The notes below the pieces were generated by a model. That model was not told the origin of the DNA, did no database searches, and worked only from the letters and a program-made list of their open reading frames with translations. Source: a virus (lineage: Duplodnaviria; Caudoviricetes). From it: DNA of 64,000 nucleotides. Of this stretch, positions 18,864-28,566 are shown one piece after another. A program made the position numbers and the translations under genes. Numbering within the stretch: the first letter of the stretch is position 1; each line of letters begins with the position of its first letter. The DNA is taken from IMG/VR virus record IMGVR_UViG_3300014208_000002, positions 136,727 to 200,726 of that record; one strand, written 5' to 3'.

Positions 18864-19637
18864 ATGGAGAAAGAGATTCATATATTACGATATCAAAAAT
18901 TTATTGAGTCTCGAAAAAATAGAATAATTCCTGAAAATGTATATACAGAAAAACATCATATTATTCCAAAATCTTTGGGAGGAAATAATTTCCCAGATAA
19001 TTTGATAACCCTGACTGCACGAGAACATTTTATAGCACATTTGATTCTCTGGAAGGCTTACGGGGAGCCTATGACTATTGCTTTTTGGATGATGCAACAT
19101 AGATGTATTAAGACTTGTAAACACAGTTGTAAGATAACCTCAAGACAGTATGAAGTGTTAAAAAAAGATTTTTCTGAAAAAATTTCAGAAACTAATAGAA
19201 GTAGATTTTGTACAGAGGAAACTAAGAAAAAAATAAGTGAATCACATAAAGGCGAAAAATGTTATCTTTTTGGTAAGCATCTTTCCGAGGAAACAAGAAA
19301 GAAAATAGGTGAATGGGGAAAAAATAGGCATCCTTCTGAAGTAACATTAAAAAAAATGGGTAAAGCACAAAAAGGAAGGGTTCACTCTGAAGAATCAAAA
19401 AGAAAAATGAGTGAATCTAGGAAAGATAAGTATAGAGGAAAAAATCATCCTGGTGCCAAAAAAGTTATTTGCATTGAAACTCAAGAAATTTTTGGTTGTA
19501 TGCGAGATGCTTGTAATAAGTATAAAATATTTAATGATCAACTATCTGCGGTATGTAAAGGGGAGCGAGAAACAATAGGTGGCTATCATTGGCAATATTA
19601 TGATAATAAATACACAAAAGAGGAATTAAATGCCTAG
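18864..19637 (+). mobile_element. Free-standing HNH homing endonuclease with NUMOD3 and NUMOD1
   Basis: EKHHIIPKSLGG...NLITLTAREHFIAH; HSEESKRKMS repeats; KKVICIETQEIF. Confidence 0.88.
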
Positions 19638-21594
19638 CTTTACTGATAAATTAAAGAAAGTATTTGGAATTTCAACGGCTACTGATAAAAAAAATACTCA
19701 AAAAACGATAATACGACCTGCGGACTATGATAGTGAAGCGGGTAAAACAAGAACCATTACCTTTCCAGATGATATTGAGCGACTTTATAAACTTTGGCTT
19801 ACAGACGCATTAGATTCTGGTAATTCCTTAAAAAATCGTCTTGATAGGGTTAAAGAGCTTTCATATGCTTACTACAATTCTTCTATATTCTCAATTGCCA
19901 CAAGGCTTTACTCAGATGAAACTCTTTCTGCTGATGAACAAGATCAAATTCTAAAGATTTCTGCTAAAAATCCTAAATTAGAAACCTATATTACAGAATT
20001 TTTTGAAAAGATAGGGATAACAAACTCAGTATTAAAGTCTCTTGCCTTTGATCTTTCTCTTTATGGTGACCATTTTTGGGTTTTAGCTACTGATGATAAA
20101 GAAGGTATAACCAAAATAACACCTATAGATATTACTACTATTAAAGATCGTATTGAATTTAATGCTATTCAAGTTGCTAAATTAGAAAATCAGTTCAGAT
20201 ATCAATCTCTTTTAAGTAAGGAACCACGACTTCAAGCCCTTGTACAAGTTCTTACTTCCGACCAAGCATCCCTTGACTATTCAAAATACTTTCAATCTTA
20301 TCTTTTTGGTTACCAAACTGAAGGAGATTTATTTCTTCCCCCGTGGAATATTTTACACTTTAGAATCCTTACCCATAGTTCAGAGTTTGTGCCTTTTGGA
20401 CGACCAATTCTTATTAACTGCCTATCCCCATTTAAGCAACTTCAAACCTCTAAAAACCTTATGGCTATTGCTCGTGCAAATAATTTCCCAATTAAGATGT
20501 TCAAAGTTAAAGTAGCTGATTCCATGACCGCTATGGATCAATGGGATGTTGTTACCCAAGCCCGAGAACAGTATGAAAATCTCATGGGAATTTCTAATAA
20601 AGAACAATTTTCTGTAAATGGTGCAGTATGGGTTCCTGAAGGTCTTATTACTATGGAATCCATAGAAATGAACTATGATATGGATAAAATTGCTGATGTT
20701 GAAATGTTAAAAATGGATTTAGCTGATGGAACCGGAATTCCTGCTGATTATCTATCCTCTTCAGCAAGCTCTTGGGGAAAGTCTAATCAGTCCTTACTAC
20801 AACAATCGAAGCTTTTTGCTCGTGGAGTATTTACAATACAAACTGCTATTATTGATGAACTTATTAGCCTTGTAAAACTACAACTCATTATGACAGAAGA
20901 CTTTGACGAAGATGAAGAGTTTGAACTTTCTCTGAATTTTCCCGCTGAAGAGGGTGATTCTGATAAATTACGACAAACCTCTGATTCTTTAGACACTGCA
21001 AAAACAATTATTGATAATCTTGGACAGGTTCTTGGCGTTGAAGAAGGGAATATGCCTATTGATGTAGTAAAGGATATTTTAACTAAAATTTCTTTCCTCT
21101 CTTCAAATGAAATAAATAAATATCTAAAGTCTATTGAAGATGCTAAGAAGGAACAGGAAGCAAAAGCGGAAGCGGAAGCTAAAGAAAGAGCAGAGCAGAA
21201 TTTTAAACTGGCCCAAATGCGAGGGAATGGAAAAGATGGTTCTGATGAAGAGGATGGCTCTAATGAAGATTTTGGAAGTGCCGAGGATGAATTTGACTAT
21301 GATGCACAATCTGAAGATATGGAAGAGGCTGTCCGAGAAAAAATAAAGGAGAGATTGACAACCCAACTTATCCGGGAAGCCTATTTTAAGGCTAAAAGAA
21401 AATTAAATCTTCAAGAAGGAGTAATGCGAAATAGGCATTATGGGTCTTCTTGGAAAGTAATTGATGTGCAAAGAAAAACTCTTTATGAGATTATGAAAAA
21501 AAATAAGAAGAGTGGTAAGTTAATTGAAACCACCCCTTTAATAGAAGAAAAAGATATAGAATTAGACTATGAACCTAATTTTGATAATAGTTAA
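19630..21594 (+). CDS. Portal protein (T4 gp20-like)
   Basis: ILHFRI...PFGRPIL, GTGIPADYL; lies between terminase and protease/capsid genes. Confidence 0.78.
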   Translation: MPSFTDKLKKVFGISTATDKKNTQKTIIRPADYDSEAGKTRTITFPDDIERLYKLWLTDALDSGNSLKNRLDRVKELSYAYYNSSIFSIATRLYSDETLSADEQDQILKISAKNPKLETYITEFFEKIGITNSVLKSLAFDLSLYGDHFWVLATDDKEGITKITPIDITTIKDRIEFNAIQVAKLENQFRYQSLLSKEPRLQALVQVLTSDQASLDYSKYFQSYLFGYQTEGDLFLPPWNILHFRILTHSSEFVPFGRPILINCLSPFKQLQTSKNLMAIARANNFPIKMFKVKVADSMTAMDQWDVVTQAREQYENLMGISNKEQFSVNGAVWVPEGLITMESIEMNYDMDKIADVEMLKMDLADGTGIPADYLSSSASSWGKSNQSLLQQSKLFARGVFTIQTAIIDELISLVKLQLIMTEDFDEDEEFELSLNFPAEEGDSDKLRQTSDSLDTAKTIIDNLGQVLGVEEGNMPIDVVKDILTKISFLSSNEINKYLKSIEDAKKEQEAKAEAEAKERAEQNFKLAQMRGNGKDGSDEEDGSNEDFGSAEDEFDYDAQSEDMEEAVREKIKERLTTQLIREAYFKAKRKLNLQEGVMRNRHYGSSWKVIDVQRKTLYEIMKKNKKSGKLIETTPLIEEKDIELDYEPNFDNS

Positions 21595-21647
21595 TAGTCA
21601 ATATTTATAATTTTTATTACTAATAAAAGAGATAGAGGTAAATTATA

Positions 21648-23042
21648 ATGGCAAAACCAAATGATAAAGCTAATCTTCAAAAAGAATGGAATAAGATTGT
21701 TGACTCCGAAAGATTTAAGTCCAATGTTGCCTTAAATATGGATATTAGTTTATCAGAAATTGATGATATAGGTAATTTACTCCCGGACCCTTTTGAGCAT
21801 TATAAGGATAATAGAAATGGCTCTGGCTATGTAATGAATGTAAAAGCAAAAGGCTATCCTGATAAGGACGATTTTGTTGAAAAAGCTTTAGAAGAGATTA
21901 AGTCAGAATTTCAGAAAAAAATGAAGTCTTCTTTTGATAAACTTGATAATGCCGATGAGCTTGAAGAACAATTCATTGATGAATTAGAAGCTTGGTTTGA
22001 TGGATATATGGAACATACTTTTTGGGATGATGTGGAGTTTGAAAAAGAAAACATTGAAATGACCGATGGCTGGGAAATGGTTGTTACTGGCCGTTCTGGT
22101 GGGTATTGGGGAGTAAGTGAGGATGCTCTTTCTACTGAGGATATTTTACCATCTGATAGGCTAATAAAAGAAATAAAAGATAAATTTAATGACTGGTATG
22201 ATGAAGAGGCAAGAGAGGACAATAATTTTGATGATGAAGATGATGATACTACTCAAATGGGTGATATTGATTCAATGGAAGACGCTTTAGACTCCGCACT
22301 TTACTCTGCGGGTCGCTCAGGTGAATATAATGATGACAGATTTTGGACATTGACAAAAGTAGCTATTTCCAAGTTTAAGGATTTAAAAGAAAATATTGAA
22401 GGCATTATTTCTGACATGGAGAGTACCGAACGCCATGTAGAGCCTTTTATGGATCAAGAACTATATGCAGAATTTGATGCTTGGAAAAATATTGATTTTT
22501 CTTGGGATGCAAAAGCAGATAGACAAAATGATTTCAAGTTTGAAAAGAAAGACTTTGGAAAGAAAATCCTTATTACTGAAGATACTCCTATCGGATTTGG
22601 TATTACACTAGAACGAGGGGATAAGATTCAGGTTTTGAAAGAAGCTAAACAAATAAAAGAAGCCGCACTTCCTGATAAAGTTGAAGCAATTATTAAAAAG
22701 TATGAAGCTAAAGACTATTGGGAAGACAATATTATTATTGATAACAAAATAAAATTTTGGGTAAGTATTGGCTCTCCCGAAGAAGTAAAAGGTTTTTCTG
22801 GAAAAGCCACAGAAGCCTCTATTCGTGAAGTTATGGTAAAGGGTTTAGGAGAAGAGCGCAGAAATTGGATAGCAAAATCAGTTGAAAGAATAAATAAAAA
22901 GGACGAAAAAGATATTAAATCTTTTGTTCGTGGTACGCAACCCTTTATGAAAGAAGTATTTACAGCGATTACAGGATTAGAAACAAAAGGCATGAGTGAT
23001 GCAAAATTAGACCCAATAATAAAGCAATGGTGTAATTCATAA
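21648..23042 (+). CDS. Acidic multi-segment hypothetical protein (candidate internal head protein)
   Basis: Late motif at 21618; internal LERGD module. Confidence 0.7.
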   Translation: MAKPNDKANLQKEWNKIVDSERFKSNVALNMDISLSEIDDIGNLLPDPFEHYKDNRNGSGYVMNVKAKGYPDKDDFVEKALEEIKSEFQKKMKSSFDKLDNADELEEQFIDELEAWFDGYMEHTFWDDVEFEKENIEMTDGWEMVVTGRSGGYWGVSEDALSTEDILPSDRLIKEIKDKFNDWYDEEAREDNNFDDEDDDTTQMGDIDSMEDALDSALYSAGRSGEYNDDRFWTLTKVAISKFKDLKENIEGIISDMESTERHVEPFMDQELYAEFDAWKNIDFSWDAKADRQNDFKFEKKDFGKKILITEDTPIGFGITLERGDKIQVLKEAKQIKEAALPDKVEAIIKKYEAKDYWEDNIIIDNKIKFWVSIGSPEEVKGFSGKATEASIREVMVKGLGEERRNWIAKSVERINKKDEKDIKSFVRGTQPFMKEVFTAITGLETKGMSDAKLDPIIKQWCNS

Positions 23043-23070
23043 TGAAAAATTAAAGATATGGAGATATAGT

Positions 23071-24819
23071 ATGGCAAGACAGCATTTAGTAGAGAATTTT
23101 TCAAAAGACTGGAAAGAGCCTCTAATTGTAACAAAACTTCCTCTTACTGAAAGCAACTCTTTAGTTGAATCTGATGGAAAACAATATAAGGCTATTGAGG
23201 GCTATGAAGTACCAGTATGGAGACTTGGGGTAAAAAATCTCAATGAGAGGGTTTATTCTGAGGCTTTAGGACGAAAAGTTATTAAGGAATTTGGTGGTTT
23301 AATTACTGCTAATCTTTCCGATCATCCCAAAGAGGATGGAAGTGTATCTGACATTCTCTCTGTTGCAAAAAACCCTCATATTAAAGAGGGCATTTTATAT
23401 GTAGATGCATTTGTTGTAGATGAAGCTTTTGCAAAGAAATTAAACAAAATGCATGAAGCCGGATATGGACTAGGGGTGTCTAGCTCATGTTATGGGGATT
23501 TGAATGAATCTACCGGCGAAGTATTAGAGGAAGGATTTGAAGTAGATCGTTTCTTTGATTGGGTTTTAACTCCTTCTTACTCTGTTTTTGTAACAGGGGC
23601 TAATAGAAAAGAATATAAAGAAGAAATAGAAAATAAACCTACTAATATAATTGAGGAAACTAAATCTGAAAATATAGAATTGGACAAAGTTCAAAAGGAG
23701 AATAGTATAATGAGCGACAAATTGACTTCCCTTGAAGAGAAGAATCTCAAGTTGGGGATTAAATCACTTTTTGAAAAGGCTGAGGCTAAGGTTGACCTGA
23801 AGGAAAAACTCGCTTCCTACAATGAGATTCTTGAATATTGCGAGGGAGTAGAGTTTGCCGCACCTTATGTTGAATCCGCAAATAGTGAAATCGCCAAGAT
23901 TGCCGAGGCTACTCATGTTCTTGCTGAAAAAGGCAAGCTTCTTGAGGGTGTAGAAAAGGAAAAGGCTTCTCTTGAAGAGAAGGCTAAGACGACTGAAAAG
24001 GCCGTCGATGAAGCTACTGGCACTCTTTCAAAGGTATCTGAAAACTTTGAAAAAGCCGTAAAGATGCTTGACGCATTCAAGCTTCGGGAAGGAAAGCTAA
24101 AGGAAATGTACGAAATTGCTATTGCTGAACGCAATGGTATGATTGAGGCTTCTGAATACAAGGAACTTGCTGAAAAGTATGATGAAATCGAAGAGAAGCT
24201 TGAAGACCTTATTGATGAAAATGCCAAGCTTTCTAAGATGACAAAGAAATACAAGAATCGTATCCTTCAACTTGAAGCTGATGCTGAAGAAGCTGATGAA
24301 GAGGACGAGGATGACGAAGAGGAAGAGAAGGCTAAAGAAGAAGCTACCCGAAATCGAAAGCGTAATCGCCGTGAAGGTGGTGGACTTGCCAATCTTGGTG
24401 ATAAGAAGGCTGAACCTTTTGATGCTGAAGATGCTAAAGAAGCTCGTGGCGAAAAGGATGATGATGACTCTGAAGATAAGGACGAGAAGAAAGAGGAAGG
24501 AAGAATCCGCCGACAGTATGATACTTCTTCTATTCGTGAAGATGATGAAGACGGTTATGACTTTACTGAAGGGGAAGAAATCCGAGAATATGTCAATGAA
24601 CTTCTTGAACAGAATCCCGCTAATAAGAGAATCAAAAATCAGCTTCTAAAGTGCAAGACACTCTTTGAGGCTCAGAAAACTTATCTTGACTTAATGGATT
24701 TAGTTGAAGATTCTCCTAGCCCATATAAACCTCGAATGAATGAAGGTAAGACCTATGGAGGTATTCAAGTATCCTCTGAATCTCCTCGAAATAATCTTGT
24801 TCGGAAGGGTTGGAGATAA
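23071..24819 (+). CDS. Prohead protease (T4 gp21-like) fused to a coiled-coil scaffold/core domain
   Basis: NLNERVYS, SDHP, GVSSSCYG, FDWVLTPS, then long acidic/basic coiled coil. Confidence 0.82.
   Translation: MARQHLVENFSKDWKEPLIVTKLPLTESNSLVESDGKQYKAIEGYEVPVWRLGVKNLNERVYSEALGRKVIKEFGGLITANLSDHPKEDGSVSDILSVAKNPHIKEGILYVDAFVVDEAFAKKLNKMHEAGYGLGVSSSCYGDLNESTGEVLEEGFEVDRFFDWVLTPSYSVFVTGANRKEYKEEIENKPTNIIEETKSENIELDKVQKENSIMSDKLTSLEEKNLKLGIKSLFEKAEAKVDLKEKLASYNEILEYCEGVEFAAPYVESANSEIAKIAEATHVLAEKGKLLEGVEKEKASLEEKAKTTEKAVDEATGTLSKVSENFEKAVKMLDAFKLREGKLKEMYEIAIAERNGMIEASEYKELAEKYDEIEEKLEDLIDENAKLSKMTKKYKNRILQLEADAEEADEEDEDDEEEEKAKEEATRNRKRNRREGGGLANLGDKKAEPFDAEDAKEARGEKDDDDSEDKDEKKEEGRIRRQYDTSSIREDDEDGYDFTEGEEIREYVNELLEQNPANKRIKNQLLKCKTLFEAQKTYLDLMDLVEDSPSPYKPRMNEGKTYGGIQVSSESPRNNLVRKGWR
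23710..24819 (+). CDS. Nested in-frame scaffold protein from internal start Met214
   Basis: TACTAATA at 23640 and AAGGAG at 23695-23700 precede an in-frame ATG at 23710. Confidence 0.65.
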   Translation: MSDKLTSLEEKNLKLGIKSLFEKAEAKVDLKEKLASYNEILEYCEGVEFAAPYVESANSEIAKIAEATHVLAEKGKLLEGVEKEKASLEEKAKTTEKAVDEATGTLSKVSENFEKAVKMLDAFKLREGKLKEMYEIAIAERNGMIEASEYKELAEKYDEIEEKLEDLIDENAKLSKMTKKYKNRILQLEADAEEADEEDEDDEEEEKAKEEATRNRKRNRREGGGLANLGDKKAEPFDAEDAKEARGEKDDDDSEDKDEKKEEGRIRRQYDTSSIREDDEDGYDFTEGEEIREYVNELLEQNPANKRIKNQLLKCKTLFEAQKTYLDLMDLVEDSPSPYKPRMNEGKTYGGIQVSSESPRNNLVRKGWR

Positions 24820-24883
24820 TAAAAAGATAAGCTAAATATAGCTTTCCGTTGGATTTAGAAATAACAATAAAAGGAGACTTATA

Positions 24884-27076
24884 ATGGCTGATACTGTAGT
24901 TAACGCAAGGGCAGGGTTTATTACTAATGGTGTATCCATTGGTACAAAGCATACTCTGACCGATGCTGAAATTAACGCTACAATGGGTGGATTAACAATT
25001 GATACCCTTGGCGTTGATGGCGTATATGAAGTTATTAAGGCGAAGATTACCGCTGGTGCGACTGTAGAAGGAAATGTTCGTTTTACCGTTCGTGGGGTAG
25101 CCGAAGATATTGCTCTACTTGCAACTGACACTACCGCCGCTGATGTAGCTACAAAAGTTGCCGCTGGTACTTGGGCTGGTTGGGCCGCTACTGTAGACCC
25201 ACTTGATGCTACTGGTGAAACAGTAATGTGGACTGCCACTACTACTGGGCCTAAAGTTGGTACAAACTCATTTACTGATTCTACCGCAACCGGAGTAACT
25301 TCCGCCGCTGGTGTTTTAGTTACAACTCCTGGAGTAACCGCTGTTGCTGAAATTCTAAAAATGGTCGTAGAAACTCCTTGTACTTTTACTGGAGAAGTTT
25401 TTGCTATCGTTCGTGGAGACTCCCAATATATTGCAGTAGCTTCTGGGGATACTGTTTCTCAAGTTGCAACTAAAATTGCTGGTGGAGCTTGGGCGGGATG
25501 GACACCTGCTATTGATCCTCTTGATGTTTCTGGTGCAACTGTTATGTGGACTGCTACTGTCGCTGAAGTAAAAGCAGGAACGAATGCTTTTGGTGGAGGA
25601 ACAACTGGGGTACTCGCTGGAGCTTTTGCAACAGAAGTAGTAGGAGTAACGGAAGTAACGGAAGTTATTAAAGCTACAATTGCAACAGGGTCTACTGCTG
25701 GTGGAGATTTGACAATTGTTATTCGTGATCTTTCTCATACAGTAGCTATGGCTGGAGATGCTACTGATGATACCCCTGAAGAAGTTGCCGCAAAGATAGC
25801 TTTAGTAGCTTGGGTAGGATGGACGGTTACTGTAGATGTTGATAATGTTACTGTTCTTTGGACTGCGACCGCCGCTGGCGCACAAACTGGAGCTATTACT
25901 TTTGCCGCCGCCGGAACTGGTGTTACACTTACAGGAACAATTGCCACTGATCCTGCTGGTGTTACTGGAGTAGCAGAACAAATTAGTTTAACTTTTACTC
26001 ATGAATGTTCTACTGTTGGGCAAATAACAATAAACATAGATGGTGTTTCTGAAGTAATTGCAGTATCTTCTTCATCTGAGTCAACTCCTGAACTTGTTGC
26101 AACTCAGGTTGCTACTGGTACTTGGGCTGGATGGACTCCTGCCGCAGTTGGGGCCAAAGTTACTTGGACAGCAACGGCTACTGGTGCAAAAGTTGGCGCA
26201 GAATTATTCAACGATGGAACAACTGGTGTAACGGCTCCTGGAGGTATTACAACTTTCCGTCTAGGTGTTTCTGAGGTAGCAGAAATAATTAAACTTACTA
26301 TTGCTACTGGTTGTACTTCTGATGATAGCGTTTATGTAACTATTCGGAATGTAACCGATACAATCGCTCTTACTGCCGCCGCACAAGCAACTCCCGCACA
26401 GGTGGCTACTGCAATCGCCGCAGGAACTTGGGCTGGTTGGACGCCAACCATAGAAACAGCGACTACTATAGTTTGGACAGCCGTTGCCGCTGGTGCGAAG
26501 ACTGGAACAAATACTTGGGGTGATAGTGGTTCTACTGGAGTCTCAGTTACAGGTGGATTAACTCGGTTTACTCTTGGTGTAACTGAAGTAGCTGAGATTA
26601 TTACTTTCCTTGTTGAAGCCGCTTGTCAAGCAAATGGAAATGTTTTAGCTACTATTCGTGGTGATACTCAAACAATTGCTATAACAACTGCCGATGATGA
26701 AGAAGCTGTTGCGACTGCAATCGCCGCAGGAACTTGGGCTGGTTGGACGGCATCTGTTGATGTAGATGGTGTTACTGTTATCTGGACAGCATCCGCCTTA
26801 GAAGCAAAAACAGGAGTAAATCATGTTGATGATGGTGCAACAGGAATTGTTGGAAATGATTTAATCTTTAATTTCAACTATAACGGTTCTGTAAATTATC
26901 CTCTTGTTGCTCGGGTTAATCTTCGCACTTCTACAGGATCACTATACAATGTGACTACTCAAGGACTACGAATTACTTATCCCGCTAACGGGAAAGTGTA
27001 TGTGAATAGAGGAACAGTTGTCGCTGGATGGGTAGCTGGTTCTATCCTAGATATAATCGCTCAGAGGGCTAACTAA
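24884..27076 (+). CDS. Ala/Thr/Gly/Val-rich structural protein with six ~100-aa repeats (candidate head decoration/spike)
   Basis: Six variants of VAxxIAAGTWAGWT; N- and C-termini match the adjacent 104-aa protein. Confidence 0.75.
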   Translation: MADTVVNARAGFITNGVSIGTKHTLTDAEINATMGGLTIDTLGVDGVYEVIKAKITAGATVEGNVRFTVRGVAEDIALLATDTTAADVATKVAAGTWAGWAATVDPLDATGETVMWTATTTGPKVGTNSFTDSTATGVTSAAGVLVTTPGVTAVAEILKMVVETPCTFTGEVFAIVRGDSQYIAVASGDTVSQVATKIAGGAWAGWTPAIDPLDVSGATVMWTATVAEVKAGTNAFGGGTTGVLAGAFATEVVGVTEVTEVIKATIATGSTAGGDLTIVIRDLSHTVAMAGDATDDTPEEVAAKIALVAWVGWTVTVDVDNVTVLWTATAAGAQTGAITFAAAGTGVTLTGTIATDPAGVTGVAEQISLTFTHECSTVGQITINIDGVSEVIAVSSSSESTPELVATQVATGTWAGWTPAAVGAKVTWTATATGAKVGAELFNDGTTGVTAPGGITTFRLGVSEVAEIIKLTIATGCTSDDSVYVTIRNVTDTIALTAAAQATPAQVATAIAAGTWAGWTPTIETATTIVWTAVAAGAKTGTNTWGDSGSTGVSVTGGLTRFTLGVTEVAEIITFLVEAACQANGNVLATIRGDTQTIAITTADDEEAVATAIAAGTWAGWTASVDVDGVTVIWTASALEAKTGVNHVDDGATGIVGNDLIFNFNYNGSVNYPLVARVNLRTSTGSLYNVTTQGLRITYPANGKVYVNRGTVVAGWVAGSILDIIAQRAN
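26408..26749 (+). repeat. Identical 36-bp direct repeat between protein repeats 5 and 6
   Basis: ACTGCAATCGCCGCAGGAACTTGGGCTGGTTGGACG at 26408-26443 and 26714-26749 (306 nt apart). Confidence 0.9.
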
Positions 27077-27126
27077 AAATATATAAAGAATGTTGGATTT
27101 ATACATAACAATAAAAGGAGTAAATC

Positions 27127-27441
27127 ATGGCTGATACAGTTATCAATTCACGAGGTTATATCACAAACGGCGTTTCTATTGGAAAGGTTTATACCATTAC
27201 TTCCGCTGATGTGACTAATGAAGCAATTCTTTTCAATCTAAATTATTATAGCACAGTAAATTATGCTCTTGTAGCAAGTGTTGTATTAAGAGACTCTTCT
27301 GGAAATGTAGTTAATGTGACTGCAAAAAGTCTTGAAATAACTTACCCCCTCAATGGTCAAGTTCGTGTAGCAAAGGGTTCCCTTACTACAGAATGGGCCG
27401 CAGGTGCTTTCTTGGACATTGTAATTCAAAGGTCTAACTAA
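27127..27441 (+). CDS. Small structural protein, short paralog of the 730-aa protein (candidate decoration protein)
   Basis: MADTVINSRGYITNGVSIG...LDIVIQRSN; lies upstream of the capsid gene. Confidence 0.75.
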   Translation: MADTVINSRGYITNGVSIGKVYTITSADVTNEAILFNLNYYSTVNYALVASVVLRDSSGNVVNVTAKSLEITYPLNGQVRVAKGSLTTEWAAGAFLDIVIQRSN

Positions 27442-27456
27442 ATTATTTGACAAAAA

Positions 27457-27486
27457 GGGGGGAAGATTACTTCCCCCTAATTTTCC
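27457..27486 (+). terminator. Rho-independent terminator
   Basis: GGGGGAAG-ATTA-CTTCCCCC hairpin followed by TAATTTT. Confidence 0.6.
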
Positions 27487-27500
27487 TATTAGGAAATATT

Positions 27501-27968
27501 ATGAAGAAATTTATTGTTGAAAAAACTGTAAGAATTCCTGACACAAAAATTATCCTCGAAAAAGGGGATAAGATAGTTATTATCTCTGAAGCAGAAGCAA
27601 CAGTAGGAATTCCCTCGGAGACAATAGTTGTCCCCTATAGTATTCCTATACCTGGATATGATAGTGAAGGTTCTTCTGCAATTATTGATGCTGGGCGAGA
27701 AGTAAAGTATAAAGTTGATATTACTGAAGCGGGCTTTTTGCTCACTCTTTATTATAGTCATTTGAAGAATATGCCATTTAAATTTGTAAAAGTTCCTCTT
27801 TTATTTACTTCTAAACAAGAAGCGGAATCAAAGGGATGGAATTTTAAGGATAGTGAATCAAAAGGAATAACAAACTCAATTCCCTCTGGCACAGAATTAA
27901 ATGGGGATGCAGGAATAGTGGATTCAAAAACAGTTAATGAAAAGTCTTATAGTAAGAGAAGGAAATAA
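27501..27968 (+). CDS. Hypothetical protein with N-terminal LEKGD module
   Basis: AGGA RBS then MKKFIVEKTVRIPDTKIILEKGD; start revised from 27447. Confidence 0.7.
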   Translation: MKKFIVEKTVRIPDTKIILEKGDKIVIISEAEATVGIPSETIVVPYSIPIPGYDSEGSSAIIDAGREVKYKVDITEAGFLLTLYYSHLKNMPFKFVKVPLLFTSKQEAESKGWNFKDSESKGITNSIPSGTELNGDAGIVDSKTVNEKSYSKRRK

Positions 27969-27970
27969 TT

Positions 27971-28378
27971 ATGAAAAAGTTTATAGTAGAGCAAGAAACC
28001 AAAATTCCCGACACCGATATTATTCTTGAAAAAGGCGACCGTGTTGCTGTTCTAAAAGAAATGGGTGATTTTGATGCTGATGATGCTACTGGCGAAATTA
28101 CTGGAAATGATGCTCTTAGACAACTGGTAAAGTTTGGAAAGTGCTATGCCTTTAGAGTATCAGACGGTTGGGAGAATGTTAATTGTATTGTAAAAATTCC
28201 TTGTAAAGTAAAAAAGCTTGGAAGATATATTAAGGCTTTTAATCTTTCAAAAGGTATCAATCTTGATGTTACCTTTATTTCTGATGTTAAACTTTCTAAT
28301 GGCATTGTTACCATAGAAACAAAGAAATATCAGACAATTGAATTTGCTGTTGATGAAGATGTAGCAAATAGTTTTTAA
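27971..28378 (+). CDS. Hypothetical protein with N-terminal LEKGD module
   Basis: MKKFIVEQETKIPDTDIILEKGD. Confidence 0.7.
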   Translation: MKKFIVEQETKIPDTDIILEKGDRVAVLKEMGDFDADDATGEITGNDALRQLVKFGKCYAFRVSDGWENVNCIVKIPCKVKKLGRYIKAFNLSKGINLDVTFISDVKLSNGIVTIETKKYQTIEFAVDEDVANSF

Positions 28379-28566
28379 TAATTATTGGGAGTTTTTAAAA
28401 AAACTCTACTAATATAAATGTAAGGAAATAGATATTTTTTCCTACAACCAGATTCTAATATCAATCTGATAAAGAAATACCTCAAATGGATTTCAAAAAA
28501 GTCTCATGTAAAAGAAAAGAATCCGTTGGATTCTAATGATGATTTATTATTTTAAGGATAACTATA

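Noticed and set aside
24832-25947. Minus-strand ORFs opposite the repeat protein (24832-25239, 25355-25738, 25735-25947)
   Set aside because: Antisense shadows of Ala/Thr/Val codon bias, with no RBS or promoter
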